From the NCBI RefSeq assembly GCF_009914755.1, contig NC_060933.1: a stretch of 64,000 nt of DNA. The stretch is one strand, 5' to 3'. The stretch comes from the human T2T-CHM13v2.0 reference genome, Homo sapiens. Shown in pieces: positions 29,151-43,863 of the stretch. The position numbers and the translations under genes are program-made. A model generated the notes under the pieces. That model saw only the letters and a program-made list of their open reading frames with translations. It did not search any database and was not told the origin of the DNA. Position 1 is the first letter of the stretch; every line of letters begins with the position of its first letter.

Positions 29151-29959
29151 TGGAGGTGTGTCAAACTGTTTTCTCTTCCTCCCAGTTTCGTGCTTGTTAC
29201 TTTATACATGCTGAGTCTGTATTGTGAGGTGCATATAATTTCAATGATGGTTACATGGTTCTTGCTTACTGTCCTAGATTACTTTTGCCTTGAATTCCAT
29301 TTTACCAGATATTGAAATTCATACTTTCCTTCTTAGACTCCTACTATCCAGATATTGGCATGTCTCCCAGGTTTCCTGTAATACTTCCTCTTTATCTCTT
29401 CCTACTTCTTTCTGTTAGAGATCCTCATATTTCAGCACCCTAATTCGTTATTTGGCTGTATCCTGTTGTTTTTCTGCCTATGGTGTTCCTGGTGTCAACT
29501 GTTACTTTTTCTTGTAATTAAAATCACTAATCTTTTCTCTCTTTTGATTTCCTGTTCCTTATTCATATTACCTACATAATCGCTTGTCTCTCTGAATATA
29601 TATATTATGCTTATTTTAAAATCTTGATCTGTCTGTTACGATAGATCTGCTTCATGTAGTGTAAGTTGCTCAGCCTGTTATCTTTCTAGTGGTTGACTTC
29701 TTATGGTCCTCAGTCTTTGGGCTATAAACTCTGGTTCCTTTAGGGGCAACAGCTACTGTACCTGGTTGTCAATACTAACAAAGGAACTCAAATCCCACTC
29801 CTAAAGAGGGACAGGGTAAGCTCCAAGACATGGTGCTTCAGGTCTCACACAATGATAGCCCATCACCCCAATTTTTTGTCCTTCTATCAGGCCACAGCTT
29901 TAGTCGGGATCCTCCTTTAAATGCTCTGAAAAAAACAACTTAGGGAGGAAATAATCTCT

Positions 29960-30240
29960 ATAGATAAGTTTTTCAATCTCTAGTGGCAACCCATTAATGG
30001 GTCACACAGTCAATTTAGTGAGTCAGCCAGCATTAAAGAGAGAATAGCATAGCATAGCACAGCACAGCACAGCACAGCATAGCATAGCATAGCATAGCAT
30101 AGGTTGAAGTAGATAGAGGGCATCCCACCAGTAAGCACACTGTTTTATGAAACTTTCATGTATATGTACTGAGTCATCACATAAAATGTACTCCTTATTG
30201 CAAGTGATAGTCAAAATCAATTTGAAGAACAGTTTTTGAC
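29960..30240. mobile_element. hAT-Charlie MER remnant hosting a pentanucleotide STR
   Basis: gtttttcaatct...gcaacccattaatgggtcac...gtcaaaatcaatttgaagaacag. Confidence 0.5.
30046..30100. repeat. Compound pentanucleotide STR (AGCAT)2(AGCAC)4(AGCAT)5
   Basis: Direct read. Confidence 0.97.
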
Positions 30241-31529
30241 TGTGATCCACCAATGCAGAGGGTCTGTGGATGAGTGGGTGTAGAGGAGGTAGAGGGGTGA
30301 ATGCTCTGGGCCAGTCAGCTAGTCAATTGATTCTGCTTATCAGTTCTTTACCCAGCAGGGCTTGAGCGTTGCTCTGCTCTCCCGCACCTCACACCTATCA
30401 TCTGCTGATGCTGCTAACTCCTTTTCCAACATGGGACAGGTAATTATCCCTCAGAGGTTACGTGGGCAAGTGCAGAACTAAGAGCTTTCCCTCAACCTGT
30501 ACTCCATCCATGCACCTGGTACCCCCTGCGCCGGGTTGGTTCCACCATGTATTTAGTCAACCAAAGGGTTCCCCACAGTTTCTATTTGAGTCCTCCAGAT
30601 CCAGTCTTCCTTCTCGTTTTTGCTGTTCTTCCAGGTTGATTGTGTGGGAGGGAGCCGGAAGCCCAGGCTTGCTTTCATCTTTCAGAAGCAGAAGCCTTAC
30701 CTGCAGTCCAGTTTGGAGCTGTGGTGGTCCTGTGCTGAGCTCCTTAGGGTCCCATATCCCTAGGGTCCCATGCTTCCGGCAGCCTTCAGCTCTCTCCGCC
30801 CCACTCAGCCCTTCCCTCAGCACATCTTCGTGCTGGGTTTCTCTCCTTTTCTCCATGCACTGTTTTGACTTCTGCCTTTGTCCGTGACTATTAGAAACCT
30901 CAGGCCCCAGCCAGCAGGAAAATTTATAGCTAAACAATTACATTGTTGAAACCCTGACAAGTCCACTCTGGTTAATGGCTCTGAAAATATAGGAGAGGTG
31001 TGAACAACTAAATCTATTAGGCTCCATATCGTGGGCCTGCAAAGACAGACTTGTAGAACCCGGTATTTGATGGACATTTCTCGTTCTTTTTCTCCTGTGT
31101 TGTTCTAAATGCTACTCTCGCTCAACATGGATTCATTACCTGGAGAATGGCTTGGATATTTGGATAATCGTCTTCTAAATAGTTTCTTTTTTCCCCTTTC
31201 CTCTTATGATATTTTGGAACTCAACCAACAATAATGCAACAGGCAGGCAACCGACTGAGGAAAAAAGCAAATAGTGCTGGGTTACATTAGGAAATTATCG
31301 TGTATTAGATGCAGGTGGGATTCCTTGACTTCCCAGCCTGGTGGAAAGCTTTTAATAAAGAAGCTTGAGAAAGGAGTGCTTTAGAAGAGGTGGTGTCATG
31401 GAATCTAGGGAGGAAAAGAGAAGGTTAGAGGACTCAGTGATCAAAGTCCAAACCCTGTGGTTTGGACAGGTACATGGTGGGCAAATAAGCCATGAGTAAC
31501 TTGAAGAATGGGGCCCTCGCCTTACCGGG

Positions 31530-31980
31530 GTATCAAATCATTGGTCCCAATTCTCTGCTCCTTTGTGGTAGCATTATACCTGCACACCCTTGCCATGACC
31601 TTGCATGACCTTGCCATGACAGGTGGAGAATACTTCCCTACTCCTTGACTTTAGGCTTGGCCAAGCGAATCACTTCGGCCAATGGGAGGCTAGTGGATGT
31701 GATGTGAGATTATGCTCACCCCCTTGTGCTCCTGCCTTTTTTCATGAGAAGAAAACACCTGATCCAAGTGCTCATCCAGAGACGACGAGAGACATGTGGA
31801 GGAGCTCTAAACCCAACCCACAGGTTGGAGCCAACCTCAGCTTAGCTGAAGCTCAGCCTACATCAGCAGCCAAACCCCTCCCACTCACAGATGTAAGAGG
31901 GGAAAAAAAGCCTTTTGTTGCTTTCCACTGAGATTGTTTTTGTGTGTGGTTGCGTTTGCAATGCAGCACACCTGACCTGC
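31530..31980 (+). mobile_element. MLT1I/J-like MaLR LTR
   Basis: attggtcccaattct...ggagaatacttccctactccttgactttaggcttggcc...ccactgagatt. Confidence 0.7.
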
Positions 31981-32109
31981 ATTCCCTGAACAGGGTTGCC
32001 CTTGGACAAATGAGGGAGGCATACACTTCTGTTTTTTAAGAGGTTGATGCCTAAGAAGTGGAGCTGGTTTCAGTACCCAGGAAAAAATGTAAACTGTTGC
32101 TTTCTGTGG

Positions 32110-32251
32110 GAAGATGTTGGCAAAGGATACAAATTTGCAATTTATAAGATGAATAAAACCTAATATACATTGTGATGGTTATAGTAAATAATAATGTATT
32201 ATATACTTGAAATTTGCCAAGAGAGTAGATCTGAAGTATTAATACACCCAT

Positions 32252-32304
<53 letters not shown>

Positions 32305-32433
32305 AAGGTGAGGGATATGTTAATTGGCTTGATTGCGGTCATTTCAGTGTATACGTATGTCAAAACATCACATTGTACACCTTGAATACGTACACTTTTT
32401 GTCAGTTCTACCTCAATAAAGCTGGGGAAAAAA
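32110..32433 (+). mobile_element. Old L1MA/MB 3' end containing (AC)22 at 32256-32299
   Basis: tatacttgaaatttgccaagagagtagatct...tacctcaataaagctggggaaaaaa. Confidence 0.85.
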
Positions 32434-33448
32434 ATGACCAATCCAAAGGTGTGCCATTCTCTCCAAGGTGTGAATCTAGAGGGCAGAGCAGGAACTCAGC
32501 CTCCAGCTCTTGCTGAGGCACGGCAGGGAGAATTGAGGTATGGGGTCTAGTGACAAGCAGGGAAACAGCATTTCAGAACATTGCTTATGGTCGGTGGTTG
32601 AAGTGAAAGCCACTGGCTGATCTGCATGCAGTTGTGCCAAGAAAAAGAAAAAACGTTCTGAGCACTTTTATGGACATGGCTTGGTTAAGAGTGAGCAGGA
32701 AGTCCACTTGGCCTCTGCTGATGGGGCTTCTCTATCAACTCTGGAAGTTTTAGTGATTTGATTTGACAGATACCAGGGGTCAATCTTCAATACTTAGCAC
32801 TGTGCTAAACAAATAGGAGCTGTTCAAGAAATCAACTTGTGACTGATAGATTATCAGGAAACTTATTAAACCTAGTCATAGCACCACCATTAATTAATTA
32901 CATGACCCCAGGATAAAAGCTTCACCTCTCCGTTCCCTCACATGGAATGAGCATGATACCATTTGGTGCCCTTGGCCTCTGTAACTGTTCAAAGGGTAAG
33001 ATGAGATGAAGGTGGAAAAAGTCTGCAGTGGGTCAGAAGTGACTGGTTACAGGTCTTTCCCCACAGGTGCTGCTATTTTGGGTGTTTTGTACTTGTGGAG
33101 CAGAAAGAATGCTGAATCAGGAAGGCAGGTGATTCAAGACTAAGCTCGGCCTTGAAGGGGTCACCACTAGATATTTTCCCTTATGATCTCTGCAGGAAAA
33201 TAGACCAAGGAGGTAATGGTTAAATTGCTTTGTACTTTTACTGCTCTAACCTATAAGGCCAAGTTAAGTTCCTGGATTAAGAAATCAAGCTTTTTATTGC
33301 ACCCTAAATTGAATGGTGGGAGTCCTGATTTGACCAATCATTGTTTTGTAAAAGCAGATCCTCAGCTGGCTGCATTGTAGGACTACAACCAGCAACATCT
33401 CTGATCCACGGGCCATCTGACTCTTCTGAAAGATCCCCAGTGGCCTGG

Positions 33449-33954
33449 TGTTACGGTTTGAATTGTATCCATCCCCAGCTCCAATTCGTACGTGGAAATC
33501 CTAACTACCAGTACATAGAATGTGACCTTATTTGGAGCTAGGGTCTTCACAGACAAAATCAAGTTAAAATGAGGTAATTAGGATGATCCCTAATCCAATA
33601 CAGCTGGTGTCCTTATAAAGGAGGGAAATGTGGAGACAATTATTCACTTAGAGAGAACACCGTGTGAGGATGAAGGCAGAGATCAGGTGATGCTTCTGTA
33701 AATCAAAGAGCACCAAAGATTGGAGTGAGTTGGATGAAGGCAAGAAGCAAACGAACAAAGAACACCAAAGATTGTCCGCAAATCACCAGAAGCCGGGAGA
33801 GAGGCCTGGAGCCGATTCTTTCTGGGTAAGGAACCAAATCTGCCAACACTTTGCTTTTGGACTTCTAATCTCCAGAACTGTGAGACGATAATTCTATTGT
33901 TCAAGCCACTCAGTTTGTGGCACTTCGTTAGAGCAGATTTAGCAACCTGATACG
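33449..33954 (+). mobile_element. MLT1B/C MaLR solo LTR
   Basis: tgttacggtttgaattgt...gaatgtgaccttatttgga...ggtgtccttataa...agcaacctgatac; near-TSD CCTGG/CATGG. Confidence 0.88.
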
Positions 33955-33999
33955 CATGGAATCTCTGTTTATGAAAAAGCTGGTTCTTTGTATGACTAG

Positions 34000-34195
34000 C
34001 AGAGACTTACACAATGCTTACAATTTAGCAGGCACTGTCCTAGGCACTTATATTAACTCCTTTATTCCTCTTAAGAATCCTAGAAAGTAGCAGCTCATAG
34101 TATCCTCATTTTGCACATGAGGAAACTGAGGCACAGAGGGATTCAATAACCTGCCCAAAGTTATCATGTCACTGTGTGATAAAACCAGAAACCTT
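34000..34195 (-). mobile_element. MIR SINE
   Basis: cattttgcacatgaggaaactgaggcacagag...aacctgcccaaag. Confidence 0.8.
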
Positions 34196-35373
34196 CCATG
34201 CTTGTGATGTGGGGCACTTCTCATGGCATCAGCTTCTTCTTACAAAAAGCTGAAATCTGCTGCCTTGGAATAAGAGGAGTGACTTTATTTTCTGCTCTAT
34301 AGGATGGCCTCTCTGCTGCATTTATGCTATGGCTTCTGGAGCCTTTACCCTCTCAGGCACTCTCCACTGAGTACCTCTTACTTTGTCAACATCACTATTA
34401 ATTACCTCAGTGATCCAGAACAAAGGCAGGTCCCCAGATGTGGTCTGATTCAATTGGGAAATGGTCTAAATATTATAGTGATCGCTAATCATTTTATTGG
34501 TTTTTTTCCCCCAGTATGTTAGGGCTTTTGTGTGTATGTATGTGCATGTGTATATATGTGCCTGTTGGTATTTGTATTATATTCCAATATTTTAAAACTT
34601 GGTTTGCCCATAGTTCTTTTTTATTTCTGTTAAGCTTCTTAATTGTTTTCTACGTCTTTTTCTCTATCTCTAAAATATTGAATCATGCTCAGCTCAAAAG
34701 GCCATGCCTTATTCCTGGCTTGATCTAACCAAGACGAGCACTATTAAATCTCCTTCTCTGTGACCTTCCCCGGGTGATGCAGCAAGTCAAAAATTCCAAT
34801 CTACTCATCTTTCGTGAGATCTTGGAAGATCCTCGCTTATGAGAAGTGTTCTCCAGCCTGGGAGAGAAAGGAAAGCTAAATCAGTGTTCTTAGCGGTTAA
34901 CCTAGGACTCTGGGATTCTTTATACATCTTTGTCTCTGCGCCCCTATCTAGTAGAAATACTGTGTCCCAAAGACAGCTCAAATCTCCTTCTTTTCCATGG
35001 TGGGTGACTTCTGTCTTCTTGAAGGCATTTGGGCTTTTCTGCTGCCCCCAGGCTGTATCTCTCTGACCATAGTCAGTAGTTACTGCTTCTGTTTTTGCTG
35101 ATGTGGGGCATGTCTTTGCTTCTAGTGATTTTATAGTTCTCTAACAAGCTCTGATAAAGTTTCATCTGCCTATTAAGTTTATTTGCAGCCGTCTCTCTTG
35201 CGGAACTTAGAATCCATTTTCCTGGGACTAGGTGGAAGCACATAGGCTTACACTTAGAAACACTCCTTCCTGCGAGTAGCGGGCCACCTCTCCTACCCAA
35301 AGTTCAGACACGCCATCAGAGCCAACATTCTTCTCATCACTTCTGGGAAGCCCAGTGGGTTCTAACATGGACA

Positions 35374-35908
35374 TTGTCAGTTGCTTTCTAGCATCAATTC
35401 ATTCTTTCTTGCTTGCTAATGGAACCCAGATTTTCTTTGGATATTCAACCCTTATACCCAATGCAGCCCAATAACTCAAGAAAGGTTCATCAAATCTCTC
35501 AGAGGTGAGTCTGGATGCATCCAAGCCATCTCCCTTACTGGTCAGGGCTTAAGACAATCCATGCTTGATAGTTCCCTGGCAACTATTGGCACAGTGTTGG
35601 GCATGAGAACTCATGGGTCAAATAAGACTGAAGAGAAGGATTTTTGTTCTATGGTTGGGAGAGTTTTTGTCCCTTGCTCACTGAACATGAACAAGAAAAA
35701 ATGTAGCTCTAGATGCTGTTGACAGTCAATTTGCAATCGTGAGGAAAGCCAGCCTGGTACAACACCAGCACATGCAGAAGGGCCAAGCTGGGAACATTTC
35801 AGAGCAACAGAGCCCAGGCTATGATGTGCCTAGACTTTCTGCTATGTGGGGTAATACATTTTTTTTTATTGTTTGCACCTCTGTGGGTCTAACACATCTT
35901 AATTGACA
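35374..35908 (+). mobile_element. MLT1K/L-like MaLR LTR
   Basis: tgtcagttgc...ttgctaatggaacccagatttt...tagactttctgctatgtggggtaatacattt...taattgacaca. Confidence 0.6.
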
Positions 35909-38900
35909 CAGAACCTTAAAGAAAATAAGAATCCTGTGGTCTTGCCAGGTATAGTAGAGCTTCTGAGGTAGGTTTGCATGGGGAAAACTCAGATTTTCAA
36001 TGTTGGCTGTATTTGTATAATGCAGTTAAAGTGTTTACTTCTTATTGATTACTTTAAAAAAAAAAACCCAGGACAGAGATGCTCACTGCATCCTCGAATG
36101 ACTCTTCTCCACTGATCTAATATTTTATTCCTGATATTTTATCTGAATATTCTACCTCTCTTAACTAAAGAGTAGAAATGGTCACTTTACAAACTGAACA
36201 TGTCTTATAAGTAATACATAACTAAAAGAACCTTTAAAATCCCTCAAAAACCTGCTCTTGATTTTGTAAAATTGTCTAAATTACATTGGAAAAGGGAAAT
36301 ATTTAGTTTTGGGGGGACTGCATATATGACTAAAACAGAAAAAGAAAAATCATGACCTTTCATTTCTAGACAACTGCCCTTAGGAAAGGTATTTCGTGTC
36401 TTCCTCACAAAAAATGTAAATATGCTTTGTAATATGTCACATCTCTGTTGACTTGGAGAATGAGGGGCTTTATGCTATAAAATGATTATTTCCAACATTT
36501 CTAATCAAGTGAGTTATGTATGGTCCAAATGGGTTTGATGCAGAATCAATTCATGGCTTCATAGCAGGTCACATGAGTTTCCAAGTTTTAGATGTTCGGT
36601 CTCTCTTCTTTTGTGACAGCTTCATTTTAATGCGTAAGGACTGGTAGCCCGGGGTTTCCTGAATTCCAAGTTATCTTTGGGTAATATAAAGCTTCATCAG
36701 TATTTTTGACCTGGGCCTGGGGTCATTTGCTTTTGTAAAGCAAAGAAGGGCTAATTCTTGTAAAGAATAAACTTTTCTAGTTTTATTTCAAGTAATCAAA
36801 GTATAACTTCTAGGTTTTATTTTAGCAAAATTTATATATCTGTGGAGAGTGTACGCATGTGTATGTCTAAGTACACGCATGCGTGAGCTTTTTATAAACC
36901 AGTAACAAACATCTTAAGAGATGTGGTAACATAGAATGGACCGTGCATTCTTGAGTGAGAGACAAATCATTCTTCTCAGGTGGAATCTTTTATTTATGCT
37001 TTGGGATTCCATTTTTCCGAGAAAGCTTTGGTTTTCCTTTTTGGCTTTGTCTAAGCTGTGCTTTAGCAAGTAATTCAAATCAAGCTGACATTTATTAGTG
37101 AGGACATGGTCCACTCCAACCTTATACTCACAGTCCAGCTGCTGCCATACAAATTTTGCTGTGGACTTTCCTATTTGTGACTAAGTGTGTGTAATGGCAA
37201 TGGTGTATGGTTGCAGATTTACTGTCTCTAAGTCAATGGAATGAAATCACTGTGCACTCCCATGCCATAAGAATTAGGTATCAGGGGTTTTTATTTTGTC
37301 ATTAAAAGAATGACAACTTAAAATCTGAGCAATTAGATAGGGTTATCATAGGAATACAAGGTTTTTAGTAATGGGTCCTATGTTGAGAATGTTCCTATTT
37401 TCTAAGACATTTCCACACTCTTAACACTTTATCCTCGCGATAATCCTGGAAGTCAGTAAAGCATACACTGTTATCCCTGCCTTATAGTTGAACCACACAA
37501 CTCAGGGAAGCAAAGTAGTTTTTCCCAAGGTCACTCAGTGAAAAAGTGGCCAGTCTTGGGACTTACACTCGTAGCTTCTGGGTTCTACTCTCTTTCTACC
37601 ACAGAGAGAACCAAAGTTGGAAACAGTACTCTGAGATCACATCCAGAATATTTCCTCTTGAAATTGTCAAGAATTGTTCCTTACATTGACATTTAAATAT
37701 ATTCCATTGAGATTTTCAATAACTACCATTGTTGGAAAGTGATATATTTATTTGGGTACCTTGGCTGGTGTGATGGTTAAATCATTTCTGTGTTGTTAAG
37801 GGCTTTTTAGGACGAGGGTGGAGATGGTTCTAGAAAGACCTAGCCACACATTCCTATCTTTCTTAAAGGCCCAGAAATTCATATTCCCTGGGGATGGAAC
37901 CTCTTAGGTTCAGGTGTTGAAAGGCCCTTCCAGTGGTGTTAGCTCCCCTAATGGAAGAGTTGAAAAGTTTCAACGATCTTTCTGCATCTAAGAGATATTA
38001 TTTTGTCCTGATAGTCATATCTCCTGGAATTCCCTCTTGTGATTTCAAGAACTCGCTGAGTTAACCATTTTTTGAGTGTCTATTACAGGCTGCAGGGCTC
38101 AGTCCTCCCTTTGGTGATCTCACCATGTTTTCTTGTTTGCAGGAACTGTATTTGGGAGCAAACAGTCGATTTTGCTAAGATAAGTGGTAGACTAAAGACA
38201 CTGAAACATGGTTTTTCTACTTGAGTTACTCTGCTCTTACAGAATATCCCATTGAGTGAATGCTGGATGCAGGTGGTTCCTTTTAAACCTGAATCAATAT
38301 GTTCCAGAAGTTGAGCTATTAACGTTTGAAATCTGTAAAGCAGAATACTTAAAGTAAAAGCTGCTTCTTTAAATTGCGGAAACAGTTATCTTTTGGTCTT
38401 GAGTGCCATTTTTGTTTAACTCTGAGGAGTACCCCCTTGGTGGCTGACTGCTCCCTATCCTCAGCTCCTGATCATTTCTCTTTCTCTCTCTGTCTTTGGC
38501 TGCCTGCCTTCCCTGTACCTTAGATACCCAAGAAGTCCCTTCTAGGGCTGTGTAACTTGCTACCTTTCTTGTGTTCCTCTCTCTACTTGGCATTCCGCAC
38601 CTCTTCATCCCAGTATTCCTGTTGTCCTCTTTGTCTACCTCATATTCATGGCTCAGCTTGAGAGCAACAACAGTAGCAACAATTTATTAAACCTCCATGT
38701 AATTGAAGTCCATGCATTTTGGTAATTGGCCCAGCATTGCCAATTAGAAAGTGGCCAATTAGAGAGCTAGAAAGTATACTATTTGAACCCAGACTACCCG
38801 CTTTCCAATTTGCCATGGCGCCTCCTCAAACTTCCTACTGCCTATGTCCATCAATGATGAATACCTCCGGGCTGCCATGGGGGCCCCCAGGAAGCAGGCC

Positions 38901-38929
38901 TGAGATAAACTCTGTCAATTCACATAGTC

Positions 38930-39235
38930 ACAGAAGATTGGATCCAGGCAGGGTTTTGGGTGTCATCTAACCCAATTCCTTCATTTAACAGATGGAAAAA
39001 CTGAGGTGGGAGAATCCAGAAGGCCGGTGAGGTAAGGCAGCGTGGTAGAGTAGAATGAACATGGAATTTCCTGACAGTCCAGGGTTCCAATCCAAACTGG
39101 TAACCAGTCAAGGGGCCTTGACCAACTCACTTAATCTCTTTGAGCATCAGTTTCATTTGCTATGAAATGAAAATCATAACACCTAAAAATTATGTGTGTA
39201 TAGTGCCTACTTTTGGTAGGTTTTAAGAACTGATG
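38930..39235. mobile_element. Two adjacent MIR fragments in opposite orientation
   Basis: tttaacagatggaaaaactgagg (antisense) then ctcacttaatctctttgagcatcagtttc (sense). Confidence 0.6.
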
Positions 39236-40454
39236 CCTATTACATTATGACAACCAGTCTAGTAGCCACCTTGCTTGGATCCTGGGAGGGGCCCTACTGA
39301 ACTGGAGGGCAGCATGTCAGCCTGTGCCAGGCAGGGGAAATAAGGAGGTAGCTCATGTGCCCCTTGTCCTCTTATCTATCGACACTCCATCCATAAATGA
39401 TCTTGTCCCATTCCAATGGCTTGCTGTATTTGTCAGAGCTTGGTCAGGGAAACAGAAGCTACATGAAGTATTATAAGCAGTAATGTTTTAATTCAGAGAA
39501 GTAGAGTCTTACGACACTGTTGGAAGGGCTGGGAGCTAGGGTAGGGGGAACTCAAGCTGCTGACCTCAGCTGCATGTAGCACTGAAATGGGTCATTCTCA
39601 AATGCCTGTCCTGAAGTCACTGTAATTTCAAGAGTCTGTAGGAAGCCAGTGCCACTGGCCTACAGCTCCAAGACAGGCAATTCGCTGAGCTTGCCTGGAA
39701 ACCTCTGCAGCCAGTGACTGAACACAGGTCTGCCAGGAACCGATGCTGGAGAACGCTGGTTCCAAATCTTGTGCAAGGGCTCTTAGTGGCTGACTCTAAC
39801 TCACAGCTACACTGGGAAGATTTCTGGGAAATGTGTTTCCAGGTCCTCCCCTGTGATGCAGACAGAATGTGGCAGGAGGTGGTATTGATGCCAAATTATC
39901 AGCCCACAAACAAACATGAACATTATTCCTTTTTAAAACATTTTTTCATTCTTCACTGCATGCAATAAACACTTATAGTGCCCAAGACTGTGTGAGACCT
40001 AGTCTGTATGATTATCACAAATATAATAGAGACCACAAACATGAATGGGAGTGAGAAGGGGAATGTGGTACTCTTTATTCTCTTTTAAAAATTGCCTTTT
40101 TATCAGGAATATTGGCCTGAAATTTTTTTATTGTTACGTCTCTGCCAGGTTTTGGTATAAGGATGATGCTGGTCTCATAAAATGAGTTAGGGAGAAGTTT
40201 CTCTTTTTCTGTTGTTTGGAATAGTTTCACCAGCTCCTTTTTGTGCCTCTGTGGCTCACCGGCTGTGAGTCCGTCTGGTCCTGGACTTTTTTTGATTTGT
40301 AGGCTATTAATTACTGCCTCAATTTTAGAGCTTGTTACTGGTCTATTCAGGGATTCGACTTCTTCCTGGTTTAGTCTTGGGAAGGGTGTATGCATCCAGG
40401 AATTTATCCATTTCGTCTAGATTTTCTAGTTTATTTGCATAGAGGTATTTATAG

Positions 40455-40850
<396 letters not shown>

Positions 40851-42502
40851 TTAAGAAAAAACAGCTCCTAGATTCATTGAGTTTTTGAAGGGTTTTCATG
40901 TCTCTATCTCCTTCAGTTTGGCTCCGATCTTAGTTATTTCTTGTCTTCTGCTAGCTTTTGAGTTTGTTTGCTCTTGCTTCTCTAGTTCATTTAATTGTGA
41001 TGTTAGGGTTTTAGATCTTTCTAAATGTTTGATAATAGTTCTTTCCTGCTTTCTGCTGTGGGCATTTAGTGCTATAAATTTCCCTCTAAACACTGCTTTA
41101 GCTGTGTCACAGAGATTCTGGTATGTTGTGTCTTTGTTCTCATTGGTTTTAAAAACTTATTTATTTCTTCCTTGATTTCATTATTTACCCAGTAGTCTTT
41201 CAGGAGCAGGTTGTTCAGTTTCCATGTAGTTGTGCGGTTTTGAGTGAGTTTCTTCATCCTGAGTTCTAATTTGATTGCACTGTGGTCTGAGAGACTGTTT
41301 GTTACAATTTCCATTCTTTTGCATTTGCTGAGGAGTGCTTTACTTCCAATTATGTGGTCAATTTTAGAATAAGTGTGATGTGGTGCTGAAAAGATTGTAC
41401 ATTCTGTTGATTTGGGGTGGAGAGTTCTGTAGATGTCTATTAGGTGTTCTTGGTCCAGAGCTGAGTTCAAATCCTGGATATCCTTGTTAATTTTCTGTCT
41501 CGTTGTTCTGTCTAATATTGACAGTGGGGTGTTAAAGCCTCCCACTATTATTGTGTGGGAGGCTAAGTCTCTTTGTAGGTCTCTAAGAACTTGCTTTATG
41601 AATCTGGGTGCCCTGTATTGGCTGCAAATATATTTAGGATAATTAGCTCTTCTTGTTGCATTGATCCCTTTGCCATTATGTAATGCCCTTCTTTGTCTTT
41701 TTTGATCTTTGTTGGTTTAAAGTCTGTTTTATCAGAGACTAGGATTGCAACTCCTGCTTTTTTTTTTTTTTTTTTTTTTGCTTTCCATTTGCTTGGTAAA
41801 TCTTCCTCCATCCCTTTATTTTGAGCCAATGTGTATGTCTTTGCATGTGAGATGGGTCTGTTGAATACAGCACACTGATGGGTCTTGACTCTTTATCCAA
41901 TTTGCCAGTCTGTGTCTTCTAATTGGGGCATTTAGCCCATTTACATTTAAGGTTAATATTGTTATGTATGGATTTGATCCTGTCATTATGATGCTAGCTG
42001 GTTATTTTGCCCTTTAGTTGATGCAGTTTCTTCATAGTGTCAATGGTCATTATAGTTTGGTATGTTTTTGCAGTGGCTGGTCCCGGTGATGACAAAATCT
42101 CTCAGCATTTGCTTGTCTGTAAAGGATTTTATTTCTTCTTTGCTTATGAAGCTTAGTTTGTGAAAATCCTCAATAAAATACTGGCAAACGAAATCCAGCA
42201 GCCCGTTAAAAAGCTTATCCACCACGATCAACTTGGCTTCATCCCTGGGATGCAAGGCTGGTTCAACATATGCAAATCAATAAATGTAATCCATAACATA
42301 AACAGACCCAATGACAAAAACCACATGATTATCTCAATAGATGCAGAAAAGGCCTTTGATAAAATTCAACTCTGCTTCATGCTAAAAACTCTCAATAAAC
42401 TAGGTATTGATGGAACGTATCTCAAAATAATAAGAGCTGTTTATGACACACCCACAGCCAATATCATACTGAATGGGCAAAAGCTGTAAATTTTGCCTTT
42501 GA

Positions 42503-42607
<105 letters not shown>

Positions 42608-43287
42608 TAGGAAGAGAGGAAGTCAGATTATCTCTGTTTGCAAATGACATGATTGTATATTTAGAAAACCCCATTGTCTCAGCCCAAAATCTCCTTAAGC
42701 TGATAAGCAACTTCAGCAAAGTCTCAGGGTACAAAATCAATGTGCAAAAATCACAAGCATTCTTATACACCAATAACAGAGACCAAATCATGAGTGAACT
42801 CCCATTCACAATTGCTACAAAGGGAATAAAATACCTAGGAATCCAACTGACAAGGGACGTGAAGGACTTCTTCAAGGAGAACTACAAACCACTGCTGAAG
42901 GAAATAAGAGAGGATACAAACAAATGGAAAAACATTCCATGCTCATGGATAGGAAGAATCAATATTGTAAAAATGCCATACTGCCCAAAGTAATTTATAG
43001 ATTCATTGCCATCCTCATCAAGCTACCATTGATTTTCTCCACAGAATTAGAATAAACTATTTTAAATTTCATATGGAATCAAAACAGAGCCCGTATAGCC
43101 AAGACAATCCTAAGCAAAAAGAACGAAGCTGGAGGCATCTTGCTACCTGACTTCAAACTATACTACAAGGCTACAGTAACCAAAACAGCATGGTACTGGT
43201 ACCAAAACAGATATATAGACCAATGGAACAGAACAGAGGCCTCAGAAATAACACCACACAGCTACAACAATCTGATCTTTGATAAAC

Positions 43288-43863
43288 CTGACAAAAACAA
43301 GCAATGGGGAAAATATTCCCTATTTAATAAATGGTGTTGGGAAAACTGGCTAGCCATGTGCAGAAAACTGAAACTGGACCCCTTCTTTACATCTTATAAA
43401 AAATTAACACAAGATAGATTATAGACTTAAACATAAGACCTAAAACCATAAAAACTCTAGAAGAAAACCTAGGCAATACTATTCAGGATATAGCCATGGG
43501 CAAAAGTTTTCTCCCATTCTGTAGGTTGCCTGTTCACTCTGATGGTAGTTTCTTTTGCTGTGCAGAAGCTCTTAAGTTTAATTAGATCCCATCTGTCAAT
43601 TTTGGCTTTTGTTGCCATTGCTTTTGGTGTTTTAGTCATGAAGTCATTGCCCATGCCTATATCCTGAATAGTATTGCCTAGGTTTTCTTCTAGAGTTTTT
43701 ATGGTTTTAGGTCTTATGTTTAAGTCTATAATCTATCTTGTGTTAATTTTTTTATAAGGTGTAAAGAAGGGGTCCAGTTTCAGTTTTCTGCACATGGCTA
43801 GCCAGTTTTCCCAACACCATTTATTAAATAGGGAATATTTTCCCCATTGCTTGTTTTTGTCAG
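43288..43863. repeat. 216/217-bp inverted repeat with 143-bp spacer (within L1)
   Basis: 43288-43503 is the reverse complement of 43647-43863 with 3 differences. Confidence 0.95.

Noticed and set aside
32051-32516. VCVC/HTHT-repeat ORFs
   Set aside because: Translations of the (AC)n microsatellite.
43288-43863. Inverted repeat as a pure assembly artefact or a second twin-priming event
   Set aside because: The arms differ at 3 positions, which argues against an artefact, yet share post-insertion lesions including a stop codon, which argues against an insertion-time origin. Long-read confirmation is still needed.
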